Of a stretch of DNA of 64,000 nt, positions 1-15,676 are shown piece by piece. The position numbers were made by a program, and so were the translations under genes. The stretch is from Oikopleura dioica. Lineage: Eukaryota; Animalia; Chordata. The stretch lies in contig OU015567.1 in NCBI GenBank assembly GCA_907165135.1, positions 12,276,001-12,340,000 on the forward strand, given 5' to 3'. The notes under the pieces were generated by a model that did not search any database, was not told where the DNA came from, and was given only the letters and a program-made list of their open reading frames with translations. How positions within the stretch are numbered: position 1 is the stretch's first letter; each line of letters begins with the position of its first letter.

Positions 1-457
1 CAGAATTCGTTATATTTAGTTTGTGACAATCTAAAGGGAAAGCGCACTCAGGGCGGTCAGGCTTGAAGATTGAGTCATCAGATGATTTTGCGGAGTCGTG
101 GTACTTCTAGAGCCTTAGGGCTTGTTTATAGGACCTCATTTCGAAGACTGCATGAAAATAGAGTGACAGTTCTTTTCATCTCGATTTTTAATTTGAAAGT
201 CGTTGGCAGTTTAATTTTCAGCAGTTTAGAGGAAATTATTAATTAAAGTGATATTCTATAGATGAGTAGAAGCAGAGTTTGAATTGAGGGCATTGACGGT
301 AGAAAGTCTAAAGTAGGTTGGCTTTCGCCTCGTCGTCGAAGCACGTGATAGGCGAGAAACATCTGAACTTCTCGACAGTGTTCTTTTTGAAGACTCAACA
401 AAAGGCAATGTGATTACCTTGCTATATCACGTGATTTTTGATCTCATGAAGATCGAG

Positions 458-1696
458 TTAGAAGCTCAAAACCTGATTATTGTAATTTTGTATAGAAAGA
501 ATCTGAATTGCTGAATCTGTCCTAGAGCGGAATGTTTCCGATGTGATTGTAGCATCTGAGTTTGCCATGGAAGTTCTTCGCGTTGATGATTTGCTCGAGA
601 TTGCGGCAGTGGAATGTTCAATCATTGTTTGCGATCGAGTAAGACTGTTCTTCAGCTCGTTTTGAAGCACTGTTCGCTCGTTGTACAGCGTCTCCGCGGT
701 TTTTAGCACACCTGAGAGACGCTTCATCAGTTCCTTGTTCTTCTGCTCTGAATTAGACATTATCAACCTTGTCCTACAGACATGACCCTGAAGGGGACAT
801 TTTTTCATTGACAACGGTGTATTTTAGTAACATTTGAATAATTAATGTCAACGCTCTCCAATAATGTCGGTTCTATTACGCGTCCACATTCAAAATGAGT
901 GTTTTTGAGGGGATAATTCTGGACATTACATTCCCTGTCGGCCAGATGTTTAAATTATCTTGTCATTTAGTATTGATGAGAACATATTGGATCGCACTTA
1001 GATTTTACGGTCAAATAGCAAGATATATACTGTATAATATACAGTGTATATCTATCCTGTACCGTATATATTACGAGGTTAAATATATGAAACGTTATAC
1101 GGGATATTTATTAACGTATATCCAGCTATAAAATAATTCTAAAATGATGTAAATATCCATATTCTATAGATTTTCTATTGATTACAGATCAGTCCGGTCT
1201 TAATTGATTCAATACAAGATCCTTCAATCTTGTTGGCCTCTGGGGTCATTTAATCCACTGTCATTCCCTTCTGATGAGCCCGGGTAATTCAATTAACTGT
1301 ACCACAATTTTATACTGTACCTAGCTCTTCTGCGCGTTTTCTTTCTTGTGTGTAGCTTTCTCTTGCCTGACAGTAATCTTGCCTAAAAGCAGTTCAGTAA
1401 AACCCGGATTGTTCTGTTATTGACAATGTCATAATACAAACTTATTATTAATAAGAAATTACCTATTTTTCTCACAAATCATCGCTACTCGGTGGATCTT
1501 CTTTTCGATGAGCTCATATTTTCTAAATCTAAGCTGTCAAATTTGTGCCCAAGAATCACTTCTCCTACCTTATATTTTCCTCTTCTTTCAGCTGTTTCGT
1601 TATTTTCTCCAGTTGGAGTTCATGTTCATCTCTTATTTCGTCAATGGTGAGTTCTAGCTCCTCAATTCTGCTGAGCAATTCTTCTTCTGAAAACAT
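458..1696 (-). CDS. Coiled-coil protein of unknown identity (spliced, approximate limits)
   Basis: Minus-strand exons read MFSEEELLSRIEELELTIDEIRDEHELQLEKITKQL (from 1696) and RQDYCQARESYTQERKRAEEL, plus ORF 458-814 (SNSEQKNKELMKRLSGVLKTAETLYNERTVLQNELK). All are heptad-like. Joining them into one gene is inferred. Confidence 0.4.
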
Positions 1697-2231
1697 GGTC
1701 TTCTTTTCATCAATTCTCTTCGTTGATTTCAATGATTTCTGAGCTCAACTGAAAATTCTAGCAGAAATATGAGTACGTCGTTGTGCTGGTATGGTATGGT
1801 TGGCCTTTCTCTGGTCTGAGAAATAGGGATTGATTTTTTCATTCTCCGGCCCCCGCTCCAAGCGAGTGGCAGCGCGCCACATTGCCAATTTGACTCTCCT
1901 GGCTTATTAAATATAGATATGCCGAACATGTCTCTCGATTATTTTGCGGTTTTATTTTACACCTTTTTTGATCTATCTTTTCACTCTTTAATTTCGATAA
2001 AGAAATAATCCCTTTCGAACGGACAGCGTACACAGGCAAATGAATAAATAAAGGGATATGGCAGTGGGGGATTAGAAGCAATTAAAATAAATGAAAAATG
2101 AAGAAAATGAAAATTGAAGAATTCGATAGTTTTGAAGTAGACTAAAGCAGCTCATTCTTGGCGGCGGCGGAGGTTGAAAAAGTTCTTCGGAGCTTCAGCA
2201 GTGCCAGTAAAAGTCCTTTGGTTAACTGTTA

Positions 2232-4850
<2,619 letters not shown>

Positions 4851-5033
4851 ATGAGAATCAGAAACAATTTTTAATTGGACTGGAGGGAACAATAACCGTA
4901 TTGATCTCGATCTGATGATTACCGGATAATCTTGCTTTCGAAGGATCTTACTGTTGACTAGACAAAATTATGATTTAATGATTTGCTGTCTACGCAGATA
5001 ATATATGCTAATTCAGAATTTCAGAGCAATATT

Positions 5034-6242
5034 ATGATGCTTTGTAAAATTTTCGCTGATGATAACACAAAGAAAACTTGCGCTTATTGTGTGAGCATTA
5101 TTTTTATTAGCTAAACTCGTAATCATGACGTTTCCGCGACAATTAAACTACTCAAGTCGTAATCTTCCACAGCATCTCAGATTTCAGATATACTTCCTTT
5201 GAATATAAATTGCATCTTTTTACTTACAGAGGTTTTAAAAGAAGAAATGAGCTGGAAAATGATTCTATTGTCTTCGCTTCTCTTGCAGAGATTACAGCTG
5301 ATTACTTAGGTTGCACATCGTCACAGTTCAGGTTCGAAGCTCAGCGGCGGATTTTGCAATCCAGCCAAATGAAAAAAGAAAAGACAGGGCTAATATTGGT
5401 TGTGTTTGAGGCTTTATTAAAATAAATTTAAAGCTGTCAAGATGATAACACTGCTGAAAGCCGAACGTGCGTTGATATGCGATCGGTGTGCGATTGTAAG
5501 AAGGAACGTGTTAATTAATTTTACAAGAAAAGGGAGTTCGGACAGCCTCTGACGCATTCCCTTTTAATAAGCTGAAAATTATTTAAAAACGCGTTTAAAA
5601 GGATTGCCCTAATAACAAAGATGAAATAAATTGCCCGGCGGAAGTTTATGATCTACTTGAAGAGCCCTGCATCGCTAGCACTATCGATGAATGTGCGAAT
5701 TTTAAGGAGTCAACGGATTGCCAGTGCAAAGGTACGTTTTCTCTGCTGAATAATTCAAGCGAAGGAAATCCTTAATCATTTGATTCTATTACAACTAGGC
5801 GTCGACGATCCGGACCTCGTGTGCGAGGATACTTCAAATTGTACATCGAAGAAAAAGTGCTGTCCTGATCCTTCCTTTTTCTACTGGTACAGTAATAATC
5901 GTTTTTTCTCAGCTTTATGCGTCCATAGTCATTCGAAATCGGTGACAGAGTACTCTCAAGCGAGGTGTTTGCCGAAGGAAATTGCTTGCGACAGCGATTT
6001 ATTGCGATTGATGACGGACTGCCGAAATTCGCCCTCGGAGTTCTATAATGTCAGTGACTCCAGATCAATCTCTTTTCAAATATTTATAGAATACCTACTG
6101 CAAAGAAGAGCCCGAAGAGGTTTTTTGCGCTGTCGATGAAGTTTGCTCGGTGCAAGATATGATCGACAAGGATAAAAACTCTGCATTATTACCATCGGCT
6201 ATTTCATCTATCAGTTTACTGATCTTTGCTTTATACTTGTAA
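5034..6242 (+). CDS. Cys-rich surface protein with an LDL-receptor class A-like module, probably GPI/TM anchored
   Basis: Exons give CVDMRSVCDCKKE/DCPNNKDEINCP (LDLa-like CD..DC....DE..C), several further Cys-rich exons and a hydrophobic C-terminus SAISSISLLIFALYL* ending at 6242. The start is uncertain. Confidence 0.5.
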
Positions 6243-6378
6243 ATAAATAACGTTAATTTAACTTAGATTGGGGGCAAGTTTTTATTCACAGCTCGCGACT
6301 GAACTTTACAAAATATAAAAATTCTTGTCAAATGTGGTTCAGTGACGCGTTTCATTCTTCTTTTCGTAACTTAGTTTC

Positions 6379-9300
6379 TTAGGCTTGGAAAACTTCGTTT
6401 CCGGTTGTAGGATCTTCGAGGCCAGTATGATCAGTAGTTGCCTAAGTTTTAAAGGAAATTATCTGCAAGAATTTTTCGTTCTTACCCTCCACCAGTCCAA
6501 GTCGGTAGCCCATGCTGACTCAACAATACTGAATGTATTTTGCTGATCATCATACATTTGAAGTTTGCCATTTACATCAGTAAACACGCTGGTAGCAGGT
6601 TCCGATGCGCTCTCATATGAAGCAAAGCAGTTAGTACAAACTGAGGACATGTCGGATCTCAAGCTTCGGCCGTATGCGGCTCCTGCTCGAAGTTGAGAAG
6701 CTGTTACCCAGTTGGCTTTGCATTTGTCAAATCGGGAGATTTCTAAATTTAGATTAATATAAATATCTCGAATTTCATTCCTTACTTTGTGGGATATTGG
6801 AAATCTGGAAGTTCTGCTCCTTCTCAGCGGTACAAGCTCGATGTTGTTTGCAGCCAGCGTTGACGACCTCTCTGCCGCTTTTTTCGGGTCAAGTATGAAT
6901 TTATCTTAGAAAACAAAACATTTTTTACAAGAAAAATAGCTTTTCAACCGTTCCTTGAAGTGAACTCGTATTTAACGTAGCAATCCCAATAGTCACCCTT
7001 AGGACACAGTTGAACCTGGGTACATGCTGCAAGACTATCGGTATTGTGGCAAAGTGGGCACCATCTTGCGCTTCCAAGAGTAGTTCCTGCGAGAGCAATG
7101 AATGGCAAACCAGCGTTTTTGATTTCTTCGTCTTCTGAAGCACCTGGTCGGTTACCGACAGACTTAAAGGAATTATAGATTCAATAGCAGCAGTACATTT
7201 TACCTGAGAGCTTTCTCGTAAGTCATCATCAACCTGGTCAGATGCAACAGCAGAGGCACCTCCGATGATGTTTGGTCGATTATTGCTTGGTGCTGGGGCT
7301 GATCCAAAGATTGAGGTGAGGTCGAGAGTGCCGAGAGAGCCGAGGGCAGATTGAATACTGTCCAAGTTAGAGAAGTCGACGACTTCTTCCTCTGTTGTTG
7401 TGGTTGTGGTCGTGGTTGTAGTAGTCGTAGTAGTTGTTGTAGTTGTTGTGGTTGTTGTCGTGGTGGTGGTTGGTGGGACAAGGGTAATAACTTGATCTCG
7501 GAGGTTAGTCTTGACGTTCATCGTATTGTAGTCGACGTTAGCGGTAGACAAGAGGCCTTCGAAAAGTGGGCCAACAATTTCATCGCCGGATGGCTCTGGA
7601 ACGTCACCGGTCAATAAGTGGATAAGAGTAATCTTAACTCGGTGAGTAGGGTCGACGTCTCGTCTTCGTCGTCGTAGCGGTTCAACAGCGACTTGCATTC
7701 CCTTGATATCAAGTGGTCCAGATTGCATTCGCTGCTGAACTTCTTGCTTGAAAGCGTCCTCGGATGATTTGAGCTCGGCAAGGAATTCAATGTCGTTTCG
7801 CATGAATCTGTTTCTGATAGGCTCTGGCGTTGTAGTTGTAGTTGTGGTGGTTGAGGTCGTGGTTGAGGTAGTAGTGGAGGTTGTTGTGACAATGACGGGT
7901 GCCTCAGTAACGACTGGAGCATTTCCACCGAAAAGTGCATTCAAGTCAAATTGTCCAAGGTTATTGAAAACCGAGTTGAGATCGGAAAGATTATTGAGGT
8001 CAAGGATCTGGGCTTCTGTTGTTGATGTGGTTGTAGTCGTAGTTGTAGTTGTCGTTGTCGTAGTAGTTGTCGTTGTCGTAGTAGTAGTTGTCGTTGTTGT
8101 TGTAGTTGTGGTGGTGGTTGTAGTTGTGGTTGTCGTTGTCGTTGTGGTGGTGGTGGTGGTGGTTGTCGTTGTCGTTGTCGTTGTGGTGGTGGTGGTGGTG
8201 GTGGTGGTGGTGGTGGTGGTGGTTGTTGTGGTGGTTGTCGTGGTGGTAGTGGTTGTGGTGGTGGTTGTGGTGGTGGTTGTGGTGGTGGTTGTGGTGGTGG
8301 TTGTAGTAGTGGTTGTTGTAGTCGTGGTGGTGGTTGTAGTTGTAGTAGTGGATGTTGTGGTCGTTTCTTCAGGTTCAGCCGGGGCAATGTTTATTTCTTG
8401 CTGTTGCTGAGGAGCTGGCGCGCCAAACATACTGAAGATGTCAGCTGGTCCATTATCACTGTTTCCGAAAAGACTGGCAAACATTGTGTTGAAATCGAAA
8501 TCAGCTCCGGCAGCTGGTGCTGCAGGTGGTGGTGGAGGAGGTTGAGTTGTGGTCGTAGTAGTTGTGGTAGTCGTGGTAGTTGTAGTAGTAGTTGTTGTGG
8601 TCGTGGTAGTTGTAGTCGTTGTCGTAGTTGTGGTTGTAGTCGTAGTTGTAGTTGTAGTCGTCGTTGTGGTAGTAGTTGTTGTAGTAGTTGTGGTGGTAGT
8701 TGTTGTTGTCGTGGTAGTTGTAGTCGTAGTCGTTGTGGTTGTAGTTGTTGTTGTCGTCGTTGTAGTTGTCGTTGTAGTCGTAGTTGTAGTTGTAGTCGTC
8801 GTTGTGGTAGTAGTTGTAGTAGTAGTTGTGGTAGTAGTTGTGGTAGTAGTTGTTGTCGTCGTGGTAGTTGTAGTCGTAGTCGTTGTTGTTGTAGTAGTTG
8901 TTGTTGTCGTCGTGGTCGTTGTACTCGTAGTCGTTGTTGTAGTTGTGGTTGTAGTTGTTGTAGTAGTTGTTGTTGTCGTCGTGGTAGTTGTCGTTGTAGT
9001 CGTTGTTGTAGTTGTAGTCGTTGTTGTAGTTGTAGTCGTCGTTGTGGTAGTAGTTGTGGTAGTAGTAGTTGTCGTCGTTGTCGTTGTTGTGGTAGTGGTA
9101 GTTGTGGTTGTAGTTGTTGTCGTCGTAGTAGTTGTTGTAGTTGTAGTTGTAGTTGTGGTAGTAGTTGTTGTCGTCGTTGTAGTCGTAGTTGTTGTTGTAG
9201 TTGTTGTTGTAGTAGTAGTCGTACTGGTTGTTGTAGTGCTTGTTGTTGTTGGAGCCTCTGTTGTTTCTTTTTTGTTTTTATTTTTCTTATTCTTCTTTCC

Positions 9301-9732
9301 CTTCTTATTGGGTGCCTTATTCGAAGAAGGAATTTGAATATCTGCGTTGTTTCCTTGTGTGTTTGTTGCAGCAGCAGGAGCCCCGCCTCCGAAATTCGCG
9401 AATGGGTCAGATGGAGCAGCGAAATTAATAGGAGAAGCAGGGGCGGCAGGGGCTGCTGGGGCTACTGGTGCAGCTGGGGCTGGTAGTCCTCCTACGGCTG
9501 GTCCTCCAGCACCAGGTCCACCAAACATGGAGAAAATATCTCCTCCGCCTCCAAACAAGTTTGCGAACATTGAGTTGAAATCGAATGCATTTCCTTGCTC
9601 TGGTGGGGCCTGCTGTTCAGCTGGAGCACCTCCTCCGACTGAAAGAATTATCTAAAGTCCAGTTTATCGTTTTAACTTACATAAGTTCTGGCCAAGCGCC
9701 GCTGTGACGAAGAATAATAAGTTGAACTTCAT
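6379..9732 (-). CDS. Secreted mucin-like protein with very long poly-Thr tracts and C-terminal Cys-rich (oikosin-like) domain
   Basis: Signal peptide MKFNLLFFVTAALGQ from 9732 and 881-aa ORF 6925-9570 with poly-Thr blocks. After a GT-AG intron near 7200 the frame reads CPLCHNTDSLAACTQVQLCPKGDYWDCYV...AGCKQHRAC...QNF...NQCK. Stop near 6379. Confidence 0.8.
8025..9250 (-). repeat. Imperfect (ACN)n trinucleotide coding repeats (poly-Thr), two blocks ~8025-8365 and ~8545-9250
   Basis: Plus strand shows continuous GTN triplets (gtt/gta/gtc/gtg). Shorter blocks at ~7395-7465 and ~7830-7890. Confidence 0.95.
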
Positions 9733-10238
9733 CGTCTATTCTATCAGCTGGTTTCACCTAAAAATGTTCTTTTAAAGTATCCTGAATAAGTACGTTAATA
9801 TTATTTTGTTAAAAAATAATTATAGTTTAATTCAAAAGAGGTTTTCTAATATTTATTCAAAATAAATTTTATGTTGACGAATAAAATCTAAATTATATGA
9901 AAAAATCTTCGTTGTTCTTCATTTCAGGAATCTCTTTTTCGATAATCAAGTGCTTGTACCTCTGATAGTTTTTTTTTCTTTTGAAGGAAGACAATTAACA
10001 AAGTTGACAACTCTTACTTTTGCAAGCTGGAGTTGCTTTTTATATCATTAAATGCCATCTAGAGGCGGAATATAACCGCTGTGACAAGAGTTCTAAACCG
10101 CTATGTCAGGTGTGATATTTATAGGAACTAATATCAACAGCAAAAAGTTATCTGCATTGAAATACCGATTCGGTGACTGTGGTCATTACAAATAGACATT
10201 GAGTAGAGAAATTTATTCCAAGACATGACAAATAAAAT

Positions 10239-11169
10239 TTAAAGGCCGATCTCATCAGTGTACCACTGGCGTCCTTCTGGGAAAGCGATGTTGGTGTAGA
10301 CTCCCGCAATATTGACGTCGCATTTGCCGCTTCCCCATGAAACAGCACCGAGAAGAAGGTTGTCACCGCTCTCTGGATCCTTGACGACCAAGGGTCCACC
10401 AGAATCACCCATGCAGCTAGTAGAGCCCTGACCGCCGCAGCACTGCATTCGTGGGGTGTATTTGCCGAGGATAGGGTTGATGGTTGGGTCGCCCCAGAAT
10501 CCGACGCAGGTATCCCAGCTGTTAAGTGGAAGCTCGACAAATTGCATTCGGTTGGGAATGTTGATTGGATCGCCGCTAAGAAGTCGTAAAAGAAGTTATT
10601 TAGAAAGGTGCAGCTTACTTGGAATCGTGGGCAGAATAGCCCCATCCAGAAGTAGTAGCAGTTTCTCCGTAGAGCAGATTGTTGTTTTGCGAAGCAGAGT
10701 TAGCGGGAACAAGCTGGATTGGCTGAACAGTCTCACTGAAAGAAAGAGCCTCCTTGAGGATCATGTAGGAGTAATCGTAATCGATGGCTCGGGCATCATA
10801 GTTGGGGTGTCCTCGGAAAACCTCTACCTCGGCGAGGTTATCGTTGCTTCGCCAGTCGTTGGTACCATAGGCAACGATGACTCGGGTGGCGTCAAGAACG
10901 CAGTGAGCTGCGGAGATGATGTATTTGGAGCCACCGATTGAACCACCGCACATGTGAGAGCCAGGCTGGCCGAGTTGGATTCGTCGCTGGGAGATTTGCC
11001 AGGGGAACTGACCTTCAGCAGCCTAACAGTTTATTTACTAACAGTCTCTTTGAGCTTATAAGTGTACCTCGGAGCCTCCAATAATTCTGGGAGCATTGGT
11101 GTCGTATCGTGGGCTCTTGAAACTTGGAACAGCCAAAGCCGAGCCAACTAAACCGAGAATCTTGACCAT
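10239..11169 (-). CDS. Chymotrypsin-like S1 serine protease
   Basis: Signal peptide MVKILGLVGSALA, activation site R|IIGG, SAAHC, DYDY, CMGDSGGP, with 2 GT-AG introns. Confidence 0.92.
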
Positions 11170-11481
11170 AATTGCAAAGGACTAACTAGCTCTTCCTGAC
11201 GCAAATGTGACTTTAGAAGATGACCGCGGGGAGCTTTTGGGCACGAACACGTGTGTTATTCCCACCAACTTTGGCGAAAATGGAATCAAATGATTGATTA
11301 TGCAAATTGCGCAAGAAATTAGATGATCACAGACAATTTGGCTTGGCGCGTTGCAAAATCACGACCCTTCCAACTGTCCAAATGTGGTCAAGCTTTGGAC
11401 AGATCCCTTTCTCAAAAATTTCAAAGACGCCCATTTAGTTTCAGAATTAAATATCTAGCAAAATTTTTTGCGAGACTTCAA

Positions 11482-14411
11482 ATGATTCTATTTTTTCTAC
11501 TTTTCTGGTGGACAGATCCAGCGGCTGCTTTAATATACGGCGAAGATATACAAAGAGTGAAACTAAGAAATTTCAATCCAACTCTACCGAAAAATCTCCA
11601 ATGCAAGGTATGATCATAATTTCCTTCCCTTCCAATTACGTAAGAACTAAGAGACCCCTCCCGATTTCACAGCAAAATCGCTATCAGCAATCCTCTCGCA
11701 TCATCAATGGTCAGCGAGCTGATTGGAACTGGCCTTTTATCGTTCGAATAAAAATTCAAAAGAACAGATCTTACTGTGGAGCGTCAATTATCAACCCTGA
11801 ATATGTCATTACGGCGGCTCATTGCGTTGCTCATGATAAAAAAGTAACCCTGACTTTTGGCGACCAAGTTTTACATGAAAAAGAGACGAGAGAGCTTTCT
11901 ATGGATTCAGGAAGGAGTTTGAGAGGAAACTGCTCCAGCTGGAGCGTCTAAAAATAAGCAGATTATAGTGCTATAGTGCGCATCATATACGGCTGTAGAC
12001 AGTTACTGTTTGTATATAATGCGAATTGTGAACATCTTCACACTAATTTTTTAATCACGAGGAAAATAATTATTCCGAGGTTATTTTGACTTTATTATGG
12101 TTTCCCTCGAAATCTCTAGAAACAGCCGAATTCATCATTCACCCAAGATATTCTCCAACGACCGGTCAAAATGACATTGCTCTAATAAAACTACCAAGGC
12201 CAATCGCATATTCTTCCAATATTTCACCCGTTTGCTTACCTTACAAGCAAGAATTTCAACCTGGAACAGATTGCTTTATCGCCGGCTGGGGCGCCCAGGA
12301 CGAAAGTCACAAGAGAGGAGTCGTTTCAAGTCAGCTGATGGAGGCTCGAGTGCCGCTGCTTTCTGGAGAAGGAAAGGGGTTGAGCTCGAAATTTTACTGA
12401 AGCAAATTGTGAAGTGTGTATTTTCGAATGCGCAAGATAACCGGACCTAACCCCTTTGAAGTGTGCGCACGTGGAACGTCATACGGGACTTTATTCAACC
12501 CGCAAGTGCATATCTGCGCGGGTCACATGCTCGGCGGGCGGACTGATGCCTGTCAGAATGATTCAGGTGGACCTCTTGTCTGCCTCGACAGAGATAACCA
12601 ACCGGTTCTCGTCGGAATTGTCAGCTTTGGCAAAGGATGCGCGCGGCCGAATTACCCAGGCGTTTACTCAAATGTCGTTAGTTACACAGAATGGATTCAC
12701 CAGCAAATTTACGATAACAACTGGCGAAGCATTTACGACCAATACAAGCCCAACAACTGCGGATCCAAAAACATCGGAGCCACGGAAATGAGCTCGAGGA
12801 CAGAAGCGTCAACTATTTTAGTAACTAGTGGTGATACGAAATGCTTTGGAACTGTTATTAGCGAAAATTTTGTCATTTTTGCGATCGACTGCGTTACTGA
12901 CGAAAAATTACTCAAGATTTTCTCCGTCTACGATGAATTGACCATCAAGAAAATTTTATACGATGATTACGGTAAAAATCAAACCAACCAATTGTCGTCA
13001 TCGTTTCTTTTTCAAGGGAGCTTGGCAATGGTAGAAACAGTGGAAACTTTAGAAGTGCAAATGTGCGTCAGCGAGTCAACACCAGGTACGAATGAAGAAT
13101 GCCTCTCACTTGATTCAGAATACTTCCCGAATTTTTACCGGACGTCGCCCTGTCCAGCCGGCAGTGCTGAAACAACTTGCTTTGATAATATTCCTTCCAG
13201 GTTGATTACGAACATGCTAAGGTAAAAAAATTCTTCAATGAATTTGCCATAACTCCTAATAGTGTTCCTATCATCTGCGGCAACCGACTGGTCTCATTCT
13301 ACCTGGATACCGAGTCAATCCAGTTCATGAGTCTTCAACAATCGCGAAAAACCATCACCGCCGCCATCGAAAAATCAGATCTCAACAAGTTTCTGAAGAA
13401 GACGACAATCCCTTCATTCAATCATTATTCATGGGGCGTCGGCAAGTTCATTCATTGGGGATGCAAATTAAATGCCTGATTATCTTTTTTAGAAAGCCGC
13501 AAATTGCTCCGGAAGAAAACGTTATGGTGACATATGAGTATCAGTATGATTACACGGAGGTGGACGGCGAGGAAACTGCGGAGGATTTTCAGGACTATGA
13601 AAGTCGCGGATCCAAGAAAAATCGAAGCCTGAGAAGACAGCTTCTAAAACCCAAAGAACAAGTATTTATCTTTTAATTATTTTGACGTAAGTGAACTAGA
13701 CCTAAAATGAGTTCTTAGACTCGGAAAAGAATCTGCAACGAATCTTCGAACGTGTGAAAATGTCGAGGAAACATACGATATTGTCCCTGACGATGTCATA
13801 ACAACCTGCGAGAATACAACTAATTCGTGTGAATTTTCATGCTCCACTGTTGGACAAATCCCAACCATCGCAAGAGCAACGTGTAAAAATGAAAAGCGCA
13901 AGAAATGGGAGCCAAAACCAAAAGAACTGGCTCTGTCGGTTGCGCCAGACCAGAACATCAGACAAAGTGTGGCCCAATAACGCGCCATTTCGAAGTCGAC
14001 TTTGATTCCGGCGTCAATATCGACTGCAACAAGAATCGATGTTGGATCAGTTGCCCTGAAACCAAAGTCAACACTCTTCCTCGCTGGACGAAAGAAGTCA
14101 TCTGTAGAAATTCTGTGAGGAATATTTGGAATATCAAGAAGTCAATCAACATCGCCTGTGTCAACCCTTCTCTTCGAGCAAGAGAAGAAAGTCTCAAATG
14201 CGGCGCTTTAGAGGACTTCTACCCTTGGTACAAGAAATCGGACATAACTGCTATTTGCTCTGGAAGAAGAGAAAAATACGAGCAATGCGATTTATACTGT
14301 CCCGATGGAACCAGACCGAAAAGAAAAGGAGAAGTTTTTGATTCTGTCATTTGCCATCGGGGAAAGAGGAAGTTCGAGCCAGCTCTAGAAGAAGCTCCGG
14401 TTTGCGGATAA
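11482..14411 (+). CDS. Modular S1 serine protease: active trypsin-like domain + degenerate second protease domain + Cys-rich repeats
   Basis: [10 protein letters not shown] signal, R|[25 protein letters not shown]. Second domain [17 protein letters not shown] lacks the His. C-terminal Cys-rich repeats end PVCG* at 14411. One 1-bp frameshift near 13915. Confidence 0.85.
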
Positions 14412-15022
14412 AAACTTTCTTTCACTGTATATTTTCTGTAAATATATTTTTTTACGATTCATTAGCCGATTGTTTCCGAGAAATCAATAGCTGGTAAAAT
14501 TCTCAGTATTACACCTGCGGTCGAATTTATAGCGCTGGAATGTGTTATGTGAGCGTGTCTTTGCAGAATCGACCTTTTTGCAAAATGGCTATCCTCAGCG
14601 GTGGCTGATCCGGCACAACATGCGAAATAGGTAAATTCCACATTTGACGGGGCGATGCCATGAAGGCTTACCGCAACCTATTCAGATCTACTGGTTATAA
14701 AAATAGTGTCAGCCGTTTTCCAAAAGGTCATTTAGAAGCTTTCCAAAAGCAGTGAGGCCATGTTTTTTGGCAGTTAATATTATGTAAATCAAACATTCTC
14801 GAAGAGTTCATTTAACATGGAGTTCTGTAAATGTTCAGCAATTAAAGCCTCGCATTCAAAGGCAAGACAAGCTAGAATTTAGTTTCACTGAATTTCATGT
14901 CTCAAAATTTCGTCTAGTGGCCGCAGTTGACCGTGACGCCCTCAAGTGGTGCTCTTCTGATAAGGTACGATGCTGTACTCAGCCAGTTCAACACTTTATC
15001 GCCCAGAAAACTTAGAAAGGAA

Positions 15023-15390
15023 ATGCTTCTTTTCAAATATTTTTTGTTCTTTGGCGAGATTTTCGGCGGTTTTAATTTCGAACTCAAGAGACTATTCTAT
15101 CCAGATGATAAACTGAACCCGAAGAAAGAAAAGCGGCTCAAACGAAAACAAGAGAAACAAAGACAACTGAATCAATGCCTCGATGTTCCGAATGGATTTG
15201 TAACGCAATTTGCCGATTTGTTTCTGGTAAATTGCCATCAGGGCTTCTGCTTGGGAGCAAATACAGGGGCACCTTCAATTGCGATAATGGAGAGCTCAAG
15301 CCAAAAGCCGAATGCACATGTTGTTCAAATAGCTGCGATGGAGACTTGCCAACTGATCCAGAGACAACTTTTAGGCCGCCTATTTCTACT
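15023..15390 (+). CDS. 5' part of a secreted Cys-rich (oikosin-like) gene interrupted by the giant element
   Basis: MLLFKYFLFFGEIFG signal-like start, then QCLDVPNG...CHQGFC, NCDNGELKPKAECTCCSNSCDGDLPTDPETTFRPPIST ending at the ACT codon 15388-15390, directly before the TIR. 1-bp frameshift near 15253. Confidence 0.65.
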
Positions 15391-15676
15391 GGGACGGAAA
15401 AATATAAATTTTCGGTTTTGACAAAACATCGTAAACGTAATATTTTCGAAAATCTAAAAGTGCAGTTATGTCAAGCTTGAACTGCCATTCAAGAATCTTG
15501 AAAAAATTTTGGTTTTTACGATTCTAGTGCCCAGGCGGCGAGATCTAAGAAAAAGTTACGAACTCGCCTAGGGACCAGGGGTACTTATTTTTTCGGATTT
15601 TTTTTGGGCTCAATTATTCTCTATGATCCGAGGATTGTCATGATTGCTTCAGATCGAAAATTACTCATCGCAATCC
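15391..15676 (+). repeat. Left terminal inverted repeat (286 bp)
   Basis: Reverse complement of 32689-32976, identical by eye apart from a 2-nt length difference in one A/T run. Confidence 0.95.

Noticed and set aside
7351-9486. Long poly-Val, Cys/Ser/Arg-rich and Pro/Gln-rich ORFs (7748-8410, 8549-9337, 8398-9486, 7941-8387)
   Set aside because: These are antisense or alternate frames of the poly-Thr repeat, which lacks stops in several frames. Only the minus-strand Thr frame has a signal peptide and splice structure.
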